Assembly (NCBI GenBank): GCA_007376385.1
Contig: VMGC01000003.1
Location: 64,001-128,000, forward strand
Origin: Parcubacteria group bacterium Gr01-1014_8
GTDB lineage: Bacteria; Patescibacteriota; Minisyncoccia; Phycocordibacterales; UBA2100
Length of the DNA stretch: 64,000 bases
Reading direction: 5' to 3'
Shown: piece after piece, positions 39,322-48,134 of the stretch
Position numbering within the stretch: the stretch's first letter is position 1
How the letters are laid out: each line of letters opens with the position of its first letter
Notes under the pieces: generated by a model
Seen by the model: only the letters and a program-made list of their open reading frames with translations
Told to the model about the DNA's origin: nothing
The model's database searches: none
Program-made: the position numbers and the translations under genes

Positions 39322-39473
39322 GTTAGTTTTCGTTAGCGAATGTGAGCTTTTGCGAGCATGAGTTTACAAACAACTTACACCCTGTTAGATCCCGCTGTAG
39401 GCGGGACGACTCGGAACGAGTCGTATTTAACAGGGTAAGGAACTTGTAATTCGCTTTGCTCATAACAATTTCC
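39322..39473 (-). repeat. structured leader element, copy A (upstream of rpsH)
   Basis: 11-bp outer stem CCCTGTTA(G)AT/ATTTAACAGGG encloses two short GC hairpins. It is flanked by sequence shared with copy B and contains a 43-codon frame MSKANYKFLTLLN.... Confidence 0.6.
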
Positions 39474-39659
39474 TTACCAGGACGACTTCTTAATGCCCGG
39501 AATATTTCCTTGAAGCGCTTCCTCTCGGAAACAAATACGGCACATGTTGAAATCACGCATGAATCCGCGCGGGCGGCCGCATTTAAAACATCGGCGCACG
39601 GTTCGCGACGAGAATTTAGGCTTTCGTTGTGCCTTTACTACCATTGATCGTTTAGCCAT
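39474..39659 (-). CDS. rpsN: 30S ribosomal protein S14 type Z (zinc-binding)
   Basis: 61 aa with CxxC...CxxC. Confidence 0.9.
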   Translation of the reverse strand: MAKRSMVVKAQRKPKFSSRTVRRCFKCGRPRGFMRDFNMCRICFREEALQGNIPGIKKSSW

Positions 39660-39821
39660 AGAAAATGAAACGCGTACGCAAGGAGTATGATTTGAAGTTC
39701 CTGCATCCGAGGCTTACGCACAAGGATTATGGAAACTCCCACATAAGGCCTGTTTCTCGCAGTCTGCTGCCCTACCAGGGCCGCACTTGCTAAAAAACAA
39801 AGCCCCTTACGAGGCCCGGAA

Positions 39822-39850
39822 AATATACGCGAAATGGCCACCAATGTCAA
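39822..39850 (-). promoter_or_regulatory. sigma70-like promoter inside the ribosomal cluster, upstream of rpsN
   Basis: Sense-strand TTGACA - 17 nt - TATATT, followed by a ~150-nt GC-rich leader ahead of the rpsN ATG. Confidence 0.5.
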
Positions 39851-39865
39851 TTCAACCAAAAACTT

Positions 39866-40402
39866 TTAGTCTCGGAGGGGAAGCCCTAGGTGACGTAGAA
39901 AACTTTCAGCCTCTTTTTTGCTTTTTGCCGTCGTTACAATGGTAACGGCAAGACCAAAAATATCCTTCATGTCCTCGTCAGCAGTTTCAGGAAATACTGT
40001 GTGCTCCTTGAGGCCAATGGAGATATTCCCCATCTCATCAATAGCAGCCGGTTTGATTCCCCTGAAGTCGCGGACACGCGGCAAGACGATATTAACAAGC
40101 TTGTCCATGAATGCGTCCCTGCGGCTTCCCCGAAGCGTTACTTGGTACCCCACTGTGTCGCCTTGGCGCAATTTGAATGTTGCAATCGATTTCTTCGCAG
40201 CTCGCGGCGCCGGAGCTTGGCCGGTGAGTCTCGTGAGCCTGTCTACAATGAGCTCTTTTTTCTTTTTATCGATAGATGCATTGACGCCCGTTGAAACAAC
40301 GATTTTTACCAGCCGCGGCGCTTGCATCGAAGATGTGTATTTGAAATCTCCTTTCAAGGCGGCGAACGCTCCCTTTACTTTGTCTACTGTTGTGTGTGTC
40401 AT
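39866..40402 (-). CDS. rplE: 50S ribosomal protein L5
   Basis: Family similarity and operon position. Confidence 0.9.
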   Translation of the reverse strand: MTHTTVDKVKGAFAALKGDFKYTSSMQAPRLVKIVVSTGVNASIDKKKKELIVDRLTRLTGQAPAPRAAKKSIATFKLRQGDTVGYQVTLRGSRRDAFMDKLVNIVLPRVRDFRGIKPAAIDEMGNISIGLKEHTVFPETADEDMKDIFGLAVTIVTTAKSKKEAESFLRHLGLPLRD

Positions 40403-40405
40403 ATG

Positions 40406-40711
40406 TTAAAGGGCCGAGCCGCTTTTTACAGTAACGCGTTGTCTTGCGCCGTCTTTGCGCACTATCTTTATTCGAGTCGGTTTGCCGCTCTTTGGATCAA
40501 TGAGCATCACATTCGATGCGTGTATGGGGAGAGTCTTGTCGATGATCTGCCCGGAGCGATTGTTAGCCGTTGCTCGTCGGTGCTTTTTGACTATATTAAC
40601 CCCGTCAACTACCACAAGATTCTCGCGAGGAAGTGCACGCACAATAACACCCGAAACTCCGCGGTTCTTTCCCGCTATAACTATCACCTTATCGCCTTTT
40701 TTGAGTTTCAT
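40406..40711 (-). CDS. rplX: 50S ribosomal protein L24
   Basis: KOW motif (GDKVIVIAGKNRG). Confidence 0.9.
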   Translation of the reverse strand: MKLKKGDKVIVIAGKNRGVSGVIVRALPRENLVVVDGVNIVKKHRRATANNRSGQIIDKTLPIHASNVMLIDPKSGKPTRIKIVRKDGARQRVTVKSGSAL

Positions 40712-40849
40712 GTTAGTTTTTCTTAGCGAGTGATAGCGAGCTTAGAAACAACTTACACCCTGTTAAATACGACCTTTTCAAGGTCGTCCCGCCTCCGGCG
40801 GGATTTAACAGGGTTAAGAACTTGTAATTCGCTTTGCTCATAACAATTT
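40712..40849 (-). repeat. structured leader element, copy B (rplN-rplX spacer)
   Basis: Same outer stem CCCTGTTAAAT/ATTTAACAGGG with two inner hairpins. The flanks are about 90% identical to copy A. Confidence 0.6.
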
Positions 40850-41230
40850 CTAAACAACTTCAGGTGCGAGTGAGCCTATCTTTTGGTATCCGCGCTCGAC
40901 AACCTCTCGAGGAATCGGCCCGAAGACTCGGTTCGCTTTCGGTTCCTTCTTATCTTTTCCGGATTTCTCCAGAAGGACAACAGCATTCTCGTCAAAGCGG
41001 ATGTACGAACCGTCTTTGCGGCGGAACGGCTTGGTCTGTCGAACAACGACGGCACGATGAACTTCTTTTTTCTTCACCGCCTTGCGCGGTTGTGCGGTCT
41101 GTATGGAAAGAATGACCTCATCGCCGATAGACGCGTAACGTCGTTTACTTCCGCCGGGAACTTTGAAAATGCGCCCGGTTTGTCCGCCCGAATTATCAGC
41201 TATCTTAACTATGGTCTTGTCTTGGATCAT
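40850..41230 (-). CDS. rplN: 50S ribosomal protein L14
   Basis: MIQDKTIVKIADNSGG start. Confidence 0.9.
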   Translation of the reverse strand: MIQDKTIVKIADNSGGQTGRIFKVPGGSKRRYASIGDEVILSIQTAQPRKAVKKKEVHRAVVVRQTKPFRRKDGSYIRFDENAVVLLEKSGKDKKEPKANRVFGPIPREVVERGYQKIGSLAPEVV

Positions 41231-41235
41231 ATTGC

Positions 41236-41520
41236 TTATTCCTCGTCTTTGAGGGCGGCGTGAAGCCGCTCATTAAGTACAAAGTGCTTATGCTTTGAGA
41301 TGGGCTTCGTCTCTCGTATGGAGACCTTGTCGCCGACCTGGACTGTGTTTCCTGGATTGTGCACGAGATACTTCTTGCTTCGAAGAATGTATTTTTTGTA
41401 CGTCGGGTGCTTCACGTATCTCTCGACAGAGACAGTAACCGTGTCTTTCATTGCCGATTTAACGACAATTCCGACGAGAACTTTTCCTTTTTGTGTTTGT
41501 GGTTCCATAGCGATTTGCAA
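41236..41520 (-). CDS. rpsQ: 30S ribosomal protein S17
   Basis: OB-fold S17 signature (GIVVKSAMKDTVTV). Confidence 0.9.
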   Translation of the reverse strand: MQIAMEPQTQKGKVLVGIVVKSAMKDTVTVSVERYVKHPTYKKYILRSKKYLVHNPGNTVQVGDKVSIRETKPISKHKHFVLNERLHAALKDEE

Positions 41521-41522
41521 TA

Positions 41523-41726
41523 CTACGCAGATTTCTTATTCGCCACAAGCTCTCGTGCACGTATCTCGGTGAGGAGCCTCGCTATATCCTTGCGCACAGT
41601 TCGTCCTTCTTTAACGTTTCGCGAACGGCTCCCGGCCTCACTAAATCTAAAATCGCGAAGCGCAGCGCGCTTTTCGGCAATCTCCTTTTTCAGGTCATCC
41701 ATCGAATATTTTTTTAGGTCAGCCAT
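41523..41726 (-). CDS. rpmC: 50S ribosomal protein L29
   Basis: MADLKK...LRFQ-like helical L29. Confidence 0.8.
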   Translation of the reverse strand: MADLKKYSMDDLKKEIAEKRAALRDFRFSEAGSRSRNVKEGRTVRKDIARLLTEIRARELVANKKSA

Positions 41727-41733
41727 AGAATTA

Positions 41734-42156
41734 TTATCCGCGCGTAACAACTTTCGCTTTTACCGGCAGTTTCGTTCCTGCCTTTCGCAAGGCTTCACGT
41801 GCCTGTTGCTCCGGCGCACCATCGACTTCAAAAATAACTCGGCCAGGGCGAACTTCGACGACATATCCTTGCACGTCCCCTTTTCCTGAACCCATGCCGA
41901 CTTCCGCCGCCTTCTGTGTGAACGGCCTGTCAGGAAAAACGCGTGTCCAAACCTTGGCAGTCTTGCCTGCGGCGCGAGTAAGCGCCCGGCGAGCGGCTTC
42001 TAACTGGTTTGACGTGATACGAGCCTGCGTAATTGCTTTCAATCCAAATGAACCGAACGCAACAGTAACGCCGCGTGTTTCTGGAGCAAGGAGTCGGTTA
42101 GGATTTCTCCTCCCGGTCTGCCATTTTCGAAATTTTGCTTTTTTAGGACTCAACAT
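41734..42156 (-). CDS. rplP: 50S ribosomal protein L16
   Basis: Family similarity and operon position. Confidence 0.9.
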   Translation of the reverse strand: MLSPKKAKFRKWQTGRRNPNRLLAPETRGVTVAFGSFGLKAITQARITSNQLEAARRALTRAAGKTAKVWTRVFPDRPFTQKAAEVGMGSGKGDVQGYVVEVRPGRVIFEVDGAPEQQAREALRKAGTKLPVKAKVVTRG

Positions 42157-42161
42157 ATGGA

Positions 42162-42869
42162 TTATTTACCCGCTGCAGCACGCTGCGACTTGTCATCAGC
42201 AAATATTTCTCCGCGGTATATCCATACTTTAACGCCGATGACACCGTACGGAAGATATGCCTCCTCGCGTGCAAAATCGATGTCTGCGCGAAGCGTCTGA
42301 AGCGGCACGCGTCCTTTCTTTATCTCCTCGGTACGGGACATTTCGGCACCGCCAAGCCTGCCGGCTATACCGATACGAACCCCCTGTACATCCCGATTCG
42401 CCATTACTTTTTCCACTGTCTGCTTCAGCACACGTCGAAACGTCTGACGCTTCTCAAGGCCTTCCGCAACCATATAGGCAACAACCGGCGCTTGAGATTC
42501 AGGGGAACGGACTTCTTCAATGTCGAGTCTCACCGGTCGGGGGGTAGGCTTCTTTGCTCCGGCAGGCGGAATAACCTTTCGTACCACTGTTTCGATTTCT
42601 TTGGTCAATTTCGCGCTCCCCTCGCCACCCCTGCCTATGATGAAACCAGGACGAGATGTCTTTATGAGAACGCGTATCATCTTTTGATTGCGTTCTATTT
42701 CAACCGACGTCACGTAGTGACCTCGAAGTCGTTTCTTCAGGAATCGGCGAATGGCGGAATCCACCATGACATGCTCGCGGTACTGTGCAGGAGTTGCAGC
42801 AAACCAACGCGACTTCCAATCGCGGATGATGCCAAGTCTATGTGCATATGGATGTACTGTGTGTGTCAT
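42162..42869 (-). CDS. rpsC: 30S ribosomal protein S3
   Basis: KH domain and S3 C-terminal domain. Confidence 0.9.
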   Translation of the reverse strand: MTHTVHPYAHRLGIIRDWKSRWFAATPAQYREHVMVDSAIRRFLKKRLRGHYVTSVEIERNQKMIRVLIKTSRPGFIIGRGGEGSAKLTKEIETVVRKVIPPAGAKKPTPRPVRLDIEEVRSPESQAPVVAYMVAEGLEKRQTFRRVLKQTVEKVMANRDVQGVRIGIAGRLGGAEMSRTEEIKKGRVPLQTLRADIDFAREEAYLPYGVIGVKVWIYRGEIFADDKSQRAAAGK

Positions 42870-42872
42870 ATA

Positions 42873-43253
42873 TTATTTGCTCACGGCGACCGCGACTTCT
42901 TTTTTCTTCATTTGTTTCGCTGGTTTTGCAACAATTGTCCCAAGCTCGAGAGATATGATGCTGCGTGTTCGACGAATCCCTGCCGCGCGTCCTCGCGCCA
43001 TCGGTTTAAAGCGACGAATCACAAGGCCTTTGTCCACCGATATGGTCTTCACGAAGAGTGCGCCTGCTGATACGCCCATCCCCCTCGCGTTCGAAACCGC
43101 TGAATCAAGTAGCTTCTTGAACGCCGGCGAAGACTTTTTCGGAAGGAACGAGAGCGCTGTCATAGCGTCGTGCACTGATTTGCCGCGAATAAGGTTCGCA
43201 ACGAGCCGCGTCTTCTGCGGCGATTGTCGATAATTTGTAAGCGTAGCCTTCAT
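42873..43253 (-). CDS. rplV: 50S ribosomal protein L22
   Basis: Family similarity and operon position. Confidence 0.9.
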   Translation of the reverse strand: MKATLTNYRQSPQKTRLVANLIRGKSVHDAMTALSFLPKKSSPAFKKLLDSAVSNARGMGVSAGALFVKTISVDKGLVIRRFKPMARGRAAGIRRTRSIISLELGTIVAKPAKQMKKKEVAVAVSK

Positions 43254-43256
43254 ATG

Positions 43257-43607
43257 TTATTTCTTTGCGGCTTTCGTCGCATCGCCTGACGCTTTTGCAG
43301 ACGTTGCTGCAGCTATCTCGGCCTCCTTTGCCTTCATTTCTATCTCTTTTTGCATCTTTCCACCATGGCGGATGAATTTTGTGGTCGGCGCGAATTCGCC
43401 CAGTCGGTGTCCAACCATATCTTCCGTTATCAAAACCTCGTCAAAATTCTTACCCGTGTGAACCAAAAAAGTGTACCCGACGAATTCCGGCGGGATTTGG
43501 GAAGCACGTGCCCACGTCTTGATACCGCCAGCTGTCGGCTTACGGTTTGAGACTTTCTTCATCAATTTTACGTCCACGTAGGGACCTTTTTTAAGTGAGC
43601 GAGCCAT
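43257..43607 (-). CDS. rpsS: 30S ribosomal protein S19 with Ala/Lys-rich C-terminal extension
   Basis: [12 protein letters not shown] signature. Confidence 0.9.
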   Translation of the reverse strand: MARSLKKGPYVDVKLMKKVSNRKPTAGGIKTWARASQIPPEFVGYTFLVHTGKNFDEVLITEDMVGHRLGEFAPTTKFIRHGGKMQKEIEMKAKEAEIAAATSAKASGDATKAAKK

Positions 43608-43696
43608 AATATGCAATTTAAAACCCGCGTCCGCGGGTAGGTCGTAAATGTATAGGAATTACTACCTAGAGTCAAGAAAATTAGCTAATATTATGA

Positions 43697-44545
43697 TTAT
43701 TTTCGCTTTCCGACCTTGCGGCGAGAAACGATAAATACGTTGGAATACTTCTTCGGCCGGCGCGATTTCTGACCCTTGCCAGTCGGTTTCCCCCACATGG
43801 ATTTGGCACGACGCAGGCCTCTGCCCTGTTTGCCTTCACCGCCGCCATGCGGGTGATCAACAGGGTTCATGGCGCTGCCTCGAACTGTAGGGCGAATGCC
43901 GAGCCAGCGCGAACGGCCAGCTTTTCCCAGTACCTGCAAACGATGCTCATCATTCGATGATTCCCCCACTGTCGCCCACGCTGTACCGATGATGCGTCGG
44001 ATTTCGGAAGACGGCATTTTAAGGTGCGTGTAGCCAGCGTCCTGTGCGATGACTTCCGCAAAATTTCCCGCAGAGCGCGCTACCTTGCCGCCCGCACCCG
44101 GCATGAGTTCAATATTGAACACGAATGTTCCTACCGGAATATTAGAGAGCGGAAGTCTGTTTCCACGCTGTATAGGCGCTTGCTCGGAGACAACAAAGGT
44201 CTCGCCGACCTTCATTAATTTCGGGACAATGACATACCTGCGTTCTCCGTCAGCATAGATAGCGAGCCCGATGAATGCGGAGCGATTTGGGTCGTATTCA
44301 ATTGTCGCGATGCGCGCAGGAACATTCTTCTTATTCAATCGAAAATCAACATCTCTCATGAGACGCTTGTGTCCCCCGCCTTTGTGACGAGTTGTGATGC
44401 GGCCGAATGCGTTGCGGCCCGCGGCGCGCTTTTTCCCAGATCGGAGGAATTTCGCAGGCTTGTGCCCTGAGAGCATCGCGCGGAAGTTGACCCGGCTCAT
44501 ACCGCGCTGCCCATCCGTCGTCGGTTTGTAGAATTTCATGCTCAT
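43697..44545 (-). CDS. rplB: 50S ribosomal protein L2
   Basis: Family similarity and operon position. Confidence 0.95.
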   Translation of the reverse strand: MSMKFYKPTTDGQRGMSRVNFRAMLSGHKPAKFLRSGKKRAAGRNAFGRITTRHKGGGHKRLMRDVDFRLNKKNVPARIATIEYDPNRSAFIGLAIYADGERRYVIVPKLMKVGETFVVSEQAPIQRGNRLPLSNIPVGTFVFNIELMPGAGGKVARSAGNFAEVIAQDAGYTHLKMPSSEIRRIIGTAWATVGESSNDEHRLQVLGKAGRSRWLGIRPTVRGSAMNPVDHPHGGGEGKQGRGLRRAKSMWGKPTGKGQKSRRPKKYSNVFIVSRRKVGKRK

Positions 44546-44548
44546 AAA

Positions 44549-44938
44549 TTATGCAATGGTTATTGTTTCGCCTTTTGTAAGGTATACGTATGCTTTCTTT
44601 CCTCCTTGTTTTGTGCCGCGAGCGCCTGTCCTTGAGTTTCGAACCTTCTTCTCAGGAACCGATACTACGCGAACCATGCGAGGTTGTACTTTGTAGTACT
44701 TCAGAACGGCCTCTGATATTTCCCTCTTGGTAGCACGGGATGCCACGTCAAACACATACACGCTCATCAACGCCGCTGCAGTTGCTTTCTCTGTTATCCG
44801 AGGACGCATGAGGATGTGCGAGAGATCAGTGTTACTTTTGCTCTCACTTCGGCGAGTTATTTGGCTCGCAGGTGCGGCAACAGAAAGCACGTCCGCCTTC
44901 GGTTCCGTCTTTGGTTTTCTGCTGAAAAGTGCATTCAT
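44549..44938 (-). CDS. rplW: 50S ribosomal protein L23 (with N-terminal extension, or start at an internal Met)
   Basis: RPRITEKA...L23 core. The true start codon is uncertain. Confidence 0.85.
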   Translation of the reverse strand: MNALFSRKPKTEPKADVLSVAAPASQITRRSESKSNTDLSHILMRPRITEKATAAALMSVYVFDVASRATKREISEAVLKYYKVQPRMVRVVSVPEKKVRNSRTGARGTKQGGKKAYVYLTKGETITIA

Positions 44939-44946
44939 AAATATTT

Positions 44947-45702
44947 TTATTGGTCACCTTTTTCCACCTCGCGCACTGACGTTACACTCGCTTTTGCTCG
45001 CTTCGTTTTTGCAGGCGCCTTCTTCTCGTCTTTCTTTTGTTCCCCAAAACGATGCGCAAGAATTGCAACAGCTGCCTCTGGATTCTCTATCACGAGGTAT
45101 GAGTTTCTCATAACAGACACCGGATTCAGTTCGCGCACTGCCCTGCATTCGATGTTTGCGATGTTGCGAAAACTTTTCACCGATGCTTCGCGCGGGTCAG
45201 CAAGGGCAACGAGCGCCGCGTTCCGTGTCTTTTCGTGCATGGCATTAAAACCAAGCGCCTTTCCGAGCGAGGCGATCGCTTTCTTTGCGAGGGCGGTCTT
45301 CGGCGCATCGATCCCGAATGAATCAACGAACACAACTTCGCCACTCTTCAATTTTCGAGAAAGCGCCATTGCGAGCGCTTTGATGCGCATCTTTCTCGGG
45401 ATCTCGCGGGCATATGACTTTTCATTGCGAGGGCCGTGCGTCACTCCACCGCCGCGCCATATCGGCGAGCGTATAGAACCGTGACGAGCGCGGCCAGTTC
45501 CCTTTTGCTGCCATGGTTTTTTGCCGCCGCCCCGTACCTCGCCGCGCTCCTTTACGTGCGCGACCGGTGTGCGAGCATTTGAAAGCATAGATGTCACGAC
45601 CTGATGCATCAGCGAATCATTCCACGCAACATCAAAGACACGCTCTGGCAATTCCACCGAGCCTGACTTTTTTCCTTGTGTGTTGTATACGTCGTATTTC
45701 AT
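44947..45702 (-). CDS. rplD: 50S ribosomal protein L4
   Basis: Family similarity and operon position. Confidence 0.9.
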   Translation of the reverse strand: MKYDVYNTQGKKSGSVELPERVFDVAWNDSLMHQVVTSMLSNARTPVAHVKERGEVRGGGKKPWQQKGTGRARHGSIRSPIWRGGGVTHGPRNEKSYAREIPRKMRIKALAMALSRKLKSGEVVFVDSFGIDAPKTALAKKAIASLGKALGFNAMHEKTRNAALVALADPREASVKSFRNIANIECRAVRELNPVSVMRNSYLVIENPEAAVAILAHRFGEQKKDEKKAPAKTKRAKASVTSVREVEKGDQ

Positions 45703-45707
45703 ATAAT

Positions 45708-46316
45708 TTAGCCTCGGATCTCAACCAGCGTGCCGGGCCTTCCTGGCACGGCACCTGAGATAACAAGAGTATTGGATCCAGCATCAACCTGCAAAACACG
45801 CAGATTCCTCACGGTTATTCGATCGCCTCCCATGCGGCCGGCCATTCGCATCCCTTTCACCACGCGTCCGCCGGCACGACCGCCGCCTCCGATTGAACCC
45901 GGAGAACGCTCTTTGTTTTTTTGACCGTGCGAGCGAGGGCCTCCCTTAAAACCGTGCCTCTTCACGACACCTTGAAAACCCTTTCCTTTTGATATCGCGG
46001 ACACTTCAACAATATCGCCCGGTGCAAACACTGAGACATTTATTGTCGCGCCCCTTTCCATTGTTTCCGCTCCTTTAAATTCTCGGGCGTATCGGAAATT
46101 TCCGAGATCTTTGAAGTGCCCTTGTACCGCCTTGCTCAGATTCTTCTGTTTCCGGTCGCCGAAGCCAAATTGCACGGCCGCGTAGCCATCCTTTTCAACA
46201 CTTTTAGCCTGAGTCACTGTGAGTGGCCCAGCAGTAATGATGGTCGCAGCAGCAACTGCGCCATCTTCATTGAAGATCTGGGTCATTCGACCCTTAGTTC
46301 CGAGCATGAATTTCAT
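45708..46316 (-). CDS. rplC: 50S ribosomal protein L3
   Basis: Family similarity. First gene of the cluster. Confidence 0.9.
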   Translation of the reverse strand: MKFMLGTKGRMTQIFNEDGAVAAATIITAGPLTVTQAKSVEKDGYAAVQFGFGDRKQKNLSKAVQGHFKDLGNFRYAREFKGAETMERGATINVSVFAPGDIVEVSAISKGKGFQGVVKRHGFKGGPRSHGQKNKERSPGSIGGGGRAGGRVVKGMRMAGRMGGDRITVRNLRVLQVDAGSNTLVISGAVPGRPGTLVEIRG

Positions 46317-46420
46317 GTTAGAGATTCTTAGCGAGTTACTACGAGCTTAGAAGCTCTTACACCCTGTTAAATGCAACTCTTCCGAGGTTGCCCCGCCTCT
46401 GGCGGGATTTAACAGGGTTG
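46317..46420 (-). repeat. structured leader element, copy C (5' leader of rplC)
   Basis: Outer stem CCCTGTTAAAT/ATTTAACAGGG. Its inner hairpin 2 uses a different but still complementary sequence (GCAAC/GTTGC) from copy B (ACGACC/GGTCGT). Confidence 0.6.
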
Positions 46421-46466
46421 TGAAAACTATAGTCGTCCTCGCTTCGCTTCGACCCCTTAGTTTTCA

Positions 46467-46497
46467 ACAAAAAACCGCGCCACTGGCGCGGATGGTT
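46467..46497 (-). terminator. rho-independent terminator upstream of the rplC leader
   Basis: Sense strand ccgcgccagtggcgcgg followed by TTTTTTG. It ends transcription from the accessory genes upstream. Confidence 0.6.
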
Positions 46498-46672
46498 CAT
46501 CCGAGTCCAGTGGTCCCGTATTGGGACATGGGTGACCCGTGAGATGGCGGCCTTGCGGCCTATCTCATGGGTTCGCGGCACTATACACCCCATGAGATAA
46601 CAAGTCAAAAACTTCTCGTACAGAACAGATTTTCTATCTCACGGGGTACACGAGGAGTGTACGGGATGCAAA

Positions 46673-47107
46673 CTAACTTGTTGCAGGGGGATTGTCGGCA
46701 GCGGACGCCAGCGAAGCGTTTTCCTTTCTGTGATGAATATCGTAGAGATGTTTCAAGAGCACCATGGTAAGCGCCAACGAGACCAAAATGACGCCATATA
46801 ACGCAGGCATGGACAGCTGTCCTATCGGTCCTGCGGATGACTGGAAGCTGGAAGGAACAAACGTTTGTTCCGGAAGGAAATCTTCCGCGACTCCCTGTTT
46901 CTCTGCTTCGCCTGCAAGCGACTCAACTAAAACGGCAAGTTCGCTCTCAGATAGTTCGCTTGAACGCGGATCACTCAATAAAGATGCGCGTATTTCATCG
47001 CGAAGCAGTACTGAATCATCCGCTTGCGCAAAAACACTTATCGGGAGAACGAGCGCTCCTGCAAACAAAATCACTAGTGCAGTTTTTTTAATTGAATGCA
47101 CGTTCAT
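46673..47107 (-). CDS. hypothetical exported/membrane-anchored protein
   Basis: Signal peptide and C-terminal TM helix. No recognisable domain. Confidence 0.4.
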   Translation of the reverse strand: MNVHSIKKTALVILFAGALVLPISVFAQADDSVLLRDEIRASLLSDPRSSELSESELAVLVESLAGEAEKQGVAEDFLPEQTFVPSSFQSSAGPIGQLSMPALYGVILVSLALTMVLLKHLYDIHHRKENASLASAADNPPATS

Positions 47108-47111
47108 ACGT

Positions 47112-48134
47112 CTAGAGTTCTTGGAAAATCGGGATAATGTTCACCGTCGCGGTCGGCTTTGGCAGAAATACCCCGCCGCTCGACTTCGTGCAGGAGAGTG
47201 TGTAGGTGGTCTGCGTAGAAATAGCGCTTGAAGTCTGCGTCCCAGACGTGCCTGACCACGCATCGGTTATGTCGGGGTTATCCTCGGTGACTGTGCACGA
47301 TGTTATGCCGGAGCTAATCCAGCTAACCTCTGTGGTCTCGCCTGCTCTGATGAGTGATGGAGATACAGCGATGTCGGCCGCAGATGCGTCTCCTCCGCCA
47401 GAGAGACATGCGCCATTTGCACATCCATATGCGCACGCTTGTTCAAACTGATTCGAGCACGTAGGAGGGTTTACTCTTCTGTAGAGGTCATTGCCTACGC
47501 ACGTGAACTGCGGGCTGCATGCGGCATTAACAGTTACGGTTACATTACATGACCATGACTCCGTTTGTACCAAGGCATCCCCGCTCTGTACCGACGAACG
47601 CGTACCTGTAAGCGTGTAGGTCGTACTTTGTGTCGGTGTGACCGACCACGAACCTGCCCACGCAACACCGCCAGGCGTTGGCGAGAGCGTTCGGGTCCAT
47701 GGGTTAATGGGATCCGTTTCTGAACTCCACGAAAGATTGGATACTTGGCCGGATGCTACTGTTAACGGCGACGCATATATGACACATCCGGAGCTTGGCT
47801 GTATCGGCGTATCGCAATCGCCGCTCTGATGGGGATTTGACGGACATGAGGCGGGAACGATGCGTAACCCCGATCCGCTGTATTCCGTAAAACGAGTTTC
47901 TGAAGAAACTATGCCATCCTGCATTTGCAAAGCCCCGCTGAATTGAAAGACAGCTATCGAGAGCATACCGAACAATATTGCCCAATATGTGCGCGTAGAT
48001 ATGCCGCGCAAAATCTTCTCTGCAGAAAGCAACCGCATAACCCGTTCTGTACATTGTCCTATAGACACACGAGAGAAACAATGCGGTGCCTGTGCATAAT
48101 TGTCCGCATACCTTTTTACAATCTCCTTCCGCAC
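47112..48134 (-). CDS. cell-surface protein with repeated Ig-like (beta-sandwich) modules
   Basis: TM/signal near the N-terminus. Repeated Thr/Ser-rich modules (TYTLTG..., TYTLSC...). Start codon uncertain. Confidence 0.4.
   Translation of the reverse strand: MRKEIVKRYADNYAQAPHCFSRVSIGQCTERVMRLLSAEKILRGISTRTYWAILFGMLSIAVFQFSGALQMQDGIVSSETRFTEYSGSGLRIVPASCPSNPHQSGDCDTPIQPSSGCVIYASPLTVASGQVSNLSWSSETDPINPWTRTLSPTPGGVAWAGSWSVTPTQSTTYTLTGTRSSVQSGDALVQTESWSCNVTVTVNAACSPQFTCVGNDLYRRVNPPTCSNQFEQACAYGCANGACLSGGGDASAADIAVSPSLIRAGETTEVSWISSGITSCTVTEDNPDITDAWSGTSGTQTSSAISTQTTYTLSCTKSSGGVFLPKPTATVNIIPIFQEL

Noticed and set aside
39323-39556. 77-aa ORF spanning copy A of the repeated element
   Set aside because: Its conserved part is only the 43-codon MSKANYKFLTLLN... 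frame shared with copy B. The upstream 34 codons overlap rpsN. It is treated as part of the structured element rather than a protein gene.
46357-46608. 83-aa ORF upstream of rplC
   Set aside because: It reads through the repeated structured element (copy C) in a different frame from the small ORF seen in copies A and B, and across the intrinsic terminator. It is almost certainly not a gene.
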